Below, in pieces: positions 57,711 to 64,000 of a stretch of 64,000 nt of DNA. The stretch comes from Planctomycetota bacterium (GTDB lineage Bacteria > Planctomycetota > UBA1135 > UBA2386). The stretch lies in contig OZ245006.1 in assembly GCA_965223545.1 (NCBI GenBank), positions 96,001-160,000 on the forward strand, given 5' to 3'. Positions within the stretch are counted from its first letter, which is position 1. Each line of letters opens with the position of its first letter. The notes under the pieces are model-generated. The model was not told the origin of the DNA, did no database searches, and saw only the letters and a list, made by a program, of their open reading frames with translations. Both the position numbers and the translations under genes were made by a program.

Positions 57711-58769
57711 ATGCTCAGGCCGATGGAGTGGGTGGTCAGCCGGTTCTCGGTCGACATGGGCATCGACCTGGGCACGGCCAACACCCTCGTCTGTCTGCGT
57801 GACGTCGGCATCGTCCTCGACGAACCCTCGGTGGTCGCGGTGCGCAAAGGCAGCAACGAAGTCCTGCTCGACGGGCAGGCGGTCGGCCACACGGCCCTGG
57901 AGTATCTGGGGCGGACGCCACCCGGGTTCGAGGCGGTGCGGCCGATGCGCAGCGGCGTCATCGCCGACTTCGAGATCACCGAAAAGATGCTGCGCTACTT
58001 CATGCGCAAGGTGCAGAAGGGCCGGCGCTTCGTCCGGCCGCAGGTGGTGATCGCGGTCCCCTGGGGCATCACCATGGTGGAGAAGCGCGCGGTCATCGGC
58101 TCGGCCGAACGCGCCGGGGCGCGTCGGGTCTACCTCGTCGACGAGCCCACCGCCGCCGGCATCGGGGCACAGCTCCCGGTGCACGAGCCGCACGGGTGCT
58201 TGATCGTGGACATTGGCGGTGGCACCACCGAAGTCGCGGTGATCTCGCTCGCCAACGTGGTCGAGGCCGAGTGCCTGCGGGTCGCCGGCGACGACTTCAA
58301 CGACGCGATCGCGCTGTACATGCGCAACAAGTACAACCTCCTGATCGGCGAGATCACCGCGGAGCGGCTGAAGATCGCCGCCGGATCGGCGGTGCCGCTG
58401 GAGGAGGAGATCGACGTCGAGGTGCGCGGCCGCGACTCGCTGACCGGCCTGCCGAGGCGGGCCGTGATCTCCTCCGGCGACGTCCGCGAGGCGCTGGAAG
58501 AGCCGGTGCGCAAGATCATCTCGACGATCAAGACGGTGTTGGAGCGCACGCCGCCCGAGCTGTCCGCCGACCTGGTGGCGTCGGGGATCACCATGTGCGG
58601 CGGGGGCAGCCTGCTGCGCGGCCTCGACATCCTGGTCGAGCAGGAGACCGAGCTGGCGACTCGGGTGTCCGAAGAACCACTGGAGACGGTGGCCCGCGGC
58701 ACCGGCATCTTCCTCGAGAACCTGGAGCTGTACTCGCAGTTCTTGGAGGGCGGCGACGACCTCGCGTAG
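57711..58769 (+). CDS. mreB: Rod shape-determining protein MreB
   Basis: GIDLGTANT, EPSVVA, GVIADF, EP.AA.IGA, VDIGGGTTEVAVIS, LERTPPEL..D and GGG.LLRGLD; GGAGG RBS. Confidence 0.97.
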   Translation: MLRPMEWVVSRFSVDMGIDLGTANTLVCLRDVGIVLDEPSVVAVRKGSNEVLLDGQAVGHTALEYLGRTPPGFEAVRPMRSGVIADFEITEKMLRYFMRKVQKGRRFVRPQVVIAVPWGITMVEKRAVIGSAERAGARRVYLVDEPTAAGIGAQLPVHEPHGCLIVDIGGGTTEVAVISLANVVEAECLRVAGDDFNDAIALYMRNKYNLLIGEITAERLKIAAGSAVPLEEEIDVEVRGRDSLTGLPRRAVISSGDVREALEEPVRKIISTIKTVLERTPPELSADLVASGITMCGGGSLLRGLDILVEQETELATRVSEEPLETVARGTGIFLENLELYSQFLEGGDDLA

Positions 58770-58772
58770 GCG

Positions 58773-60104
58773 GTGATCCGCAGCACCCAGCGCCTGTTCC
58801 CGACGGGCCTCTACGCCACGCTCGCGGTGGCCGCGTGCTGCATGCTGGTCCCGTCCGGACCGCGGCGGCTGCAGGGTTGGTTGGCGGTCGCCAGCACGGC
58901 GCCGGCGCGCGTTTGGGCGGCGGTGGCGCAGAACGCGCACGCGGCGGCCGGCATGCCCGCGATCGACGCCGCGCAGGCGTCGCTGCGGCGCCGGCTGACC
59001 GACGCCGCCATCGCCAGCGGCACCCAGTGGCGCGCGCCGGGGTTTCAGCCGGTGCCATGTCGGGTCGTCGACCGCGGTGCCCGCGGCCATGGTGGTCTAC
59101 CCGCGACCCTGACGCTGGATCGACCGCGACGCTCCTTGGCCGACTGTGAGCCCTGGGTGTCCAGCGGCGATGCCCTGGTCGGCTTCCTGGCCCCCGCCGG
59201 CGACGATCCGACCGCGGCGGCAACCGTGCAGCTCTTGTGGGGCCGACCGCGCGGCGGAGCCCCGCGGCGGGTTCCGGCGGTCGCTGACGCCGCCGGCGCG
59301 GAGCTCGCCTTCGTCGTCGAACCCGCCGGCGAGATCGACCCGTGGCCGCTGCGCTGCCGCACAGTGCGCGATCCCTACCTCCTCTCTCAGCTGCGGCACG
59401 GTGGCCAGCCGGTGCGGACCGCGGCGCTGCCCGAGGACCCACTCGGCTGGCTGCCACCCGGAATGCAGCTGGGCCGCCTCCAGCTCTGGGGCTATCCCGG
59501 CCTCGGCGCGATCGACGTGTTCGTCGACCCAGCCGTGAATGCCGCGGCGCTGTCGATGGTCGTCGTCTGGCGCCCGGGCCCGGCGCAGCCGGCGCCCCTT
59601 GCCGACGCCGCACCGGTAACGGTGCCGGTCCGCCGGTTGTCGCTGCCGAGCCCGCTGGGCAAAGACAGCCGCTGGCTCCTGTTGGCCACCGGCGAACGGC
59701 ACGTGCGCGCGGGCGCGGCGGTGCTGGCCGGCGATTGGCTGGCCGGCATCGTCGACGGGGCCGGCCGCGGTACGGCGACGGCGACGCCGCTGGCGTTCTG
59801 CCGGCGGCCGTTCGCGGCGACGCTTCTGCCGGACGCTGTGGCGGCACAGCCCGTCGACTTGGTGGTGCGCGTATTGGCGATCGAGACGGAGACCGCAAGT
59901 GGCTTCCACGTCCGGATCGAGCGCGTCTCGGGCGGCGGTGCGCTGCAGCCGGGCCTGCTCTTCACCGCCGCCAACGGCCTCGCCTTCCCGCCGGGACGCG
60001 CGGTCGGCCGGGTCACCGGCACACCGGATCGCTGGTGGCTCGCGGCGCCGCGGCCACCCGCCGCCGCCCTGCGCGTCGTCTGCGCGACCGGAGGCGAGGG
60101 TTGA
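58773..60104 (+). CDS. mreC: Divergent MreC-like protein (apparently two MreC beta modules)
   Basis: Lies between mreB and an MreD-like gene; N-terminal TM; two sets of MreC-like motifs (LVG.L with LPPG..LG.L; LAG.V with FPPG..VG.V). Confidence 0.6.
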   Translation: MIRSTQRLFPTGLYATLAVAACCMLVPSGPRRLQGWLAVASTAPARVWAAVAQNAHAAAGMPAIDAAQASLRRRLTDAAIASGTQWRAPGFQPVPCRVVDRGARGHGGLPATLTLDRPRRSLADCEPWVSSGDALVGFLAPAGDDPTAAATVQLLWGRPRGGAPRRVPAVADAAGAELAFVVEPAGEIDPWPLRCRTVRDPYLLSQLRHGGQPVRTAALPEDPLGWLPPGMQLGRLQLWGYPGLGAIDVFVDPAVNAAALSMVVVWRPGPAQPAPLADAAPVTVPVRRLSLPSPLGKDSRWLLLATGERHVRAGAAVLAGDWLAGIVDGAGRGTATATPLAFCRRPFAATLLPDAVAAQPVDLVVRVLAIETETASGFHVRIERVSGGGALQPGLLFTAANGLAFPPGRAVGRVTGTPDRWWLAAPRPPAAALRVVCATGGEG

Positions 60105-60586
60105 TGCTGCGCTGGATCGCGGTCTTCCTGGCGGCTTGGCCTCTGCAATTGGCGGAGAGCTGGTGGGCGGCGCGGATCTTCACCACCCCGGCGCTGACCG
60201 TCGCCCTCGGCTTGCTCATGGCGTTCTCCGTGCGCCCGGCGGCGGTGCCGGGCCTGCTGCTGTGCACTGCGGTGGGGCAACACATCGCGCTGGGCGGCGA
60301 CGTCGCGCTGCACGTGCTCGCCACCGGCACGCCGATCGCCCTGCTCGCGCCGCTGCGCAGCGCGGTCGCCTCGCAGGCGCTTTTGCTGCACGGAGCCTGC
60401 GCGGCCTTTTTGGCGCTGGCGACGCCCAACCTCGCACTCCTCCTCGCCCGGCTCTCGGGGGCCGAGCTCGCCATCGCCGGCACCGACGTTTGGTCGGTGG
60501 CCGCCGCCGCCGCACTGGCCCCCGTGCTGGCGCGCCTCATGGCACTCCTGCCGCCCTGGCGCGGCCTGATGGAGAAGTCCCGGTGA
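60104..60586 (+). CDS. mreD: MreD-like membrane protein
   Basis: 160 aa, about five TM helices, canonical position between mreC and the PBP gene; TGATG coupling. Confidence 0.6.
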   Translation: MLRWIAVFLAAWPLQLAESWWAARIFTTPALTVALGLLMAFSVRPAAVPGLLLCTAVGQHIALGGDVALHVLATGTPIALLAPLRSAVASQALLLHGACAAFLALATPNLALLLARLSGAELAIAGTDVWSVAAAAALAPVLARLMALLPPWRGLMEKSR

Positions 60587-60624
60587 GGCGGTCCCAGTGA
60601 GGGATTTCCGGTGAAGGAGTCGCG

Positions 60625-62865
60625 GTGAAGGTCGGACGCACGCGGATCCACACCCTGCTGGCGGGATTCGCCGCCTGCGCCACCGGTCTGGTGGTCCACC
60701 TTTTCTGGATCATGATCGTGCAGCACGACGATTGGCTCGAGCGCAGCGTGCGCAACCGGTGGGCCTTTCGCGACGTGCCGGCGCAGCGCGGCGCGCTGCA
60801 GGACCGCTTCGGCCGGGTCATCGCCGAGGATCGCCCCGCGCTGTCGGTGCTGCTGCACTACCGCGCATTCCGTCGCGACCACCCTCTCGGCTGCGCCGTG
60901 CACGGCGCCAACCTGCTCGACGCGACGCGCGGCACTGCGCGCGAACGGTTCGGCTACGTCTCCGCGCAGAACGGACCCGTGGCCGCCCTCGACCATCTGC
61001 TGGCGATGCCCTTTCGCTGGCTGTTGGGCGAGGAGATCGCCAGCGAGGCGAGCCGCGACCTGCGCTTCTACGTCGCGACCCTGATCGGCGTGTTGGAGGA
61101 CGGGCGGCGCCGCGACGGCTACCGCTGGCTGGACGAGGCCGGCGACGGAATCGGCGGCGGCTTGCGCCTGGCGGAAGCGCTCGGCGCCGAGCGCAGCGGC
61201 GCGCTCCGCGCCGCGCTGCGGCGGCGCGCGGCCGAGTTCGCCGCGCTCGACGACCGCCTGTCGGGCGATGCCGAACGCGTGCTGCAGGCCGAGCTCGAGC
61301 GCTGCCGCCTGTGGCACATCGAGGATGTCGAGCGCGAGCATCGGCTGCGCTTGGTGCAGCGCGTGGTCGCCTTCGAGACCGGGGTCCACCTCGCTCTGCT
61401 GCGCGAGCGGCAACCCGGCTTCACGTTGCAGGCCTCGGTCGAGCGGCAGCGGCGGACGCTGCCCGGCCGCGACGATGTCGGCTCGCTCGACACGGTGCTC
61501 GGCATCGTGGGACCGTACTGGCGCGAGCACGTCGAGCAGATGCAGGAGCGCGTCGCCGATCAGCTCGGGCCGGAGATCTTGGCCGAGCTGGTGCCGCGGA
61601 CGCCCGACTTGCCCGAGGGGTTCGCGGGTAGCCTGGCGGACGCCGCGCGTCGCCAAGTGCAGCTGCACCTGGTCGCCCGCGGGCGTCGCGGTCGCAATGG
61701 CGTCGAGGCGGCGATGGACGACACGCTGGCCGGCGCACCCGGCCTGCGCCTGGTGGAGAAGAACCGCAGCGCCGACGAACAGCAGCTGTTGCGCGCGCTG
61801 CGCGTCCTGCCGGGGCGAGACGTGCGGCTCGCGCTGGACGTCGACCTGCAGGGCGAAGTCGAGGCCGCCCTCGACCGCAACCCGGCCGGCATGGCCACCG
61901 CGATCGCCCTGTTGGCGCCGGCGACCGGCGAGCTCCTCGCATTCGGGGGCCGCCCGCTGCGCCGCGACGGCAAGCCGGTCTGGGTCACCGCCGCCTGCCG
62001 CTGGCCGACGACCGGGGCGATCGGTTCGGTGGCGAAGTCGTTCGTCCTGCTCGAGCAGCTCGATGCGCGGCGGCACGGACGGCCGTCGACCCCGGCCGAG
62101 ACCTACCGGCCGTGCACCCGCACCGGCTATCAAGTGCCGGGCATGCCGCGCTCGCTCACCTGCTCCGGCCTGCACGGTGTGGCCGCGCGCGATCCCGCCT
62201 ATGCCCTCGCGCATTCTTGCAACTTCTTCTACTACCAAGCCGCCGAAGGGCTCGGTGCGGACGGCGTCGCCCAGGCCTTCCGCCGGGTGGGACTGCTGCC
62301 GTACAGCGCAGACGAGGATGGCCCGCGCTTCGTGCGCGCGGTGCCCGGTCTCGGCCAGCTGGCGAGGCCACGCGGCGAGCGACAGCTCCTGCAGCTGCGC
62401 GCGATCGGCTACGGACTCAACGCGACGGTGATCCACGTCGCCCGCGCCTACGCCGCCCTGGCGACAGGGGTGCTGCCGCCGCTCGTGCTCGTGCCCGGCG
62501 CGCGCCACCCCGCGCCGGCGCCGCTCGACGTGCACCCCGACGACCTCGCCGTCGTCCGCGCCGGCATGGCCGCGTGCGTCGAGTCCGGCTCGGCGCGCCG
62601 GCTGCCGTCCCTGCGCGCGCTCGGGGTGCGCGCCAAGACCGGCACCGCCGAGATCTCGAACCGCACCGGCGCCAACAACGCCTGGTTTGCCGGCTATGTC
62701 GGTGGTGACCGCCCGACGCTGGCGTTTGCCGCGGTCGCCTATGCCGTGCCCGACCAACAGCACGGCGGCGACGTCGCGGGGGTACTGGTCGCGGACCTGC
62801 TGGCGGCGGTGCAGGCCGATGACACGCTGCGCCAACGCTACCTGGACGGAGCGCGCGCGCGGTGA
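60625..62865 (+). CDS. mrdA: Class B penicillin-binding protein (PBP2-like transpeptidase)
   Basis: N-terminal TM; RG.L.DR.G; G..GVE; SxxK (GSVAK), SxN (SCN) and KTGTA motifs; NAWFAGY. Confidence 0.88.
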   Translation: MKVGRTRIHTLLAGFAACATGLVVHLFWIMIVQHDDWLERSVRNRWAFRDVPAQRGALQDRFGRVIAEDRPALSVLLHYRAFRRDHPLGCAVHGANLLDATRGTARERFGYVSAQNGPVAALDHLLAMPFRWLLGEEIASEASRDLRFYVATLIGVLEDGRRRDGYRWLDEAGDGIGGGLRLAEALGAERSGALRAALRRRAAEFAALDDRLSGDAERVLQAELERCRLWHIEDVEREHRLRLVQRVVAFETGVHLALLRERQPGFTLQASVERQRRTLPGRDDVGSLDTVLGIVGPYWREHVEQMQERVADQLGPEILAELVPRTPDLPEGFAGSLADAARRQVQLHLVARGRRGRNGVEAAMDDTLAGAPGLRLVEKNRSADEQQLLRALRVLPGRDVRLALDVDLQGEVEAALDRNPAGMATAIALLAPATGELLAFGGRPLRRDGKPVWVTAACRWPTTGAIGSVAKSFVLLEQLDARRHGRPSTPAETYRPCTRTGYQVPGMPRSLTCSGLHGVAARDPAYALAHSCNFFYYQAAEGLGADGVAQAFRRVGLLPYSADEDGPRFVRAVPGLGQLARPRGERQLLQLRAIGYGLNATVIHVARAYAALATGVLPPLVLVPGARHPAPAPLDVHPDDLAVVRAGMAACVESGSARRLPSLRALGVRAKTGTAEISNRTGANNAWFAGYVGGDRPTLAFAAVAYAVPDQQHGGDVAGVLVADLLAAVQADDTLRQRYLDGARAR

Positions 62866-64000
62866 CGCCACTCGCGGTCTTGGCTCGCACCAACTGGTGG
62901 GTGGCGCTCGCCACCGCCGTCCTGGGCGTCCTCGGCTGCGTGTTCATCCGCTCGGCGACCCTCGGTGATCCGGACTTTGAGGGGCTCTACGTCAAGCAAG
63001 CCGTGGTGCTGGTGGTGGCCCTGGTCACCGGCCTCGTCATCTTGCTGACGCCGACGTCGGTGTTCTTGCGGCGGGCGGCGTGGATCTACGTCGCTGCCGT
63101 CGTCGCCCTCGCCCTGCTGCCGTTCTTCGGCGTGATGATCAACGGCGCACGCCGCTGGTATCGGCTGCCCGGCTTCTTCGTGCAGCCATCCGAGCTCGCC
63201 AAGCTGGCGGTGATCATCGCCCTCGCCGCGTATCTCCGCTTTCGCTCGGACGCCTCCTTGAAGGAGAGCCTGCTGATCCCCGCCGCGATCGCCGGCTTGC
63301 CGGCGGTGATGGTGCTGCGGCAGCCGGACTTGAGCAGCTCGCTGGTGTTCGGCCCGATCCTCTTGGCGATGTGCTTCGCCGCGGGAGCGCGGCTGCGCGT
63401 CATCGCCGCCAGCGCAGCGCTGGCCGCAGCCCTGCTGGTCCTGTCGTACGGCGTGATGCACGACTACCAGCGCGCGCGGGTCGACGCGTGGCTGCATCAC
63501 TTCTCCTGGGACGACGCGGACGTGCTGCACGACGAGGAGGTCATCGAGGTCCTGCGCGACCATGGCTGGCAGCCGTGGCAGGCGCTGATCGCGATCGGCT
63601 CGGGCGGCTGGCAGGGGTTCGGCCTCGAGCAGGGGCCGCAGAACCGCTACGGCTTCCTGCCATACCGGTTCGACGACTACATCTTCGCGGTGATCGCCGA
63701 GGAGACCGGCCTGCTCGGCGCGCTGGCGGTGCTGACGACGTTCGCCGGGCTGGTGGGCGGCCTGTTCGGCATCGCGCTGCGCACGCGCGAGCGCTTCGGC
63801 CGGTTGCTCGTGGTCGGCGTCGGCAGCTACTTGGGCGCGCAGGCGGCGATGCACGTCGCGGTCTGCACGTGGCTGGTGCCGGCGACCGGCTTGCCCCTGC
63901 CGCTGTTGAGCTACGGCGGCAGCTCCACGCTGGTCTCGGTCTGGGCCGTCGCGCTGGCGTTGAACGTCAGCGGCCGCCGGGCGCCGGTGTTGGCCTCGGA
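62862..64000 (+). CDS. rodA: SEDS peptidoglycan glycosyltransferase RodA (3' end beyond window)
   Basis: GTG overlapping the PBP stop; hand translation gives GARRW, QPSELAK, QPD, YQ..R, AIGSGG..G.G, DYIF.VIAEE and TG.PLPL.SYGGSS. Confidence 0.92.
   Translation, partial: MTPLAVLARTNWWVALATAVLGVLGCVFIRSATLGDPDFEGLYVKQAVVLVVALVTGLVILLTPTSVFLRRAAWIYVAAVVALALLPFFGVMINGARRWYRLPGFFVQPSELAKLAVIIALAAYLRFRSDASLKESLLIPAAIAGLPAVMVLRQPDLSSSLVFGPILLAMCFAAGARLRVIAASAALAAALLVLSYGVMHDYQRARVDAWLHHFSWDDADVLHDEEVIEVLRDHGWQPWQALIAIGSGGWQGFGLEQGPQNRYGFLPYRFDDYIFAVIAEETGLLGALAVLTTFAGLVGGLFGIALRTRERFGRLLVVGVGSYLGAQAAMHVAVCTWLVPATGLPLPLLSYGGSSTLVSVWAVALALNVSGRRAPVLAS

Overview
High-GC bacterial chromosomal window; the gene set tentatively suggests an uncultured Planctomycetota-like lineage (inference only, no marker search run). 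It is mostly housekeeping and envelope genes: aspS; thrS-infC separated from rpmI-rplT-pheS-pheT by an 8.6-kb block (fused Kgd-type 2-oxoglutarate dehydrogenase plus a sigma54 regulatory module with an apparently dead kinase); tRNA-Met(CAT); a Mo-bisPGD/FeS-NrfD/pentaheme redox cluster; a two-subunit RND system; moeA-lnt; and an mreB-mreC-mreD-pbp2-rodA elongasome cluster whose MreC appears internally duplicated. One accessory island (~1.9-9.1 kb) holds a translationally coupled gene pair: a Zn-ribbon + DUF3626-like (possibly ADP-ribosyltransferase-fold) protein and a large TPR protein with nine near-identical 102-bp repeats. The TPR gene is split by an intact ISKra4-family element (22-bp TIRs, 8-bp target duplication), and IS3 and ISKra4 relics lie upstream. 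This pair is the best candidate for an undescribed defence or conflict system. No CRISPR array, rRNA or integrase was seen.
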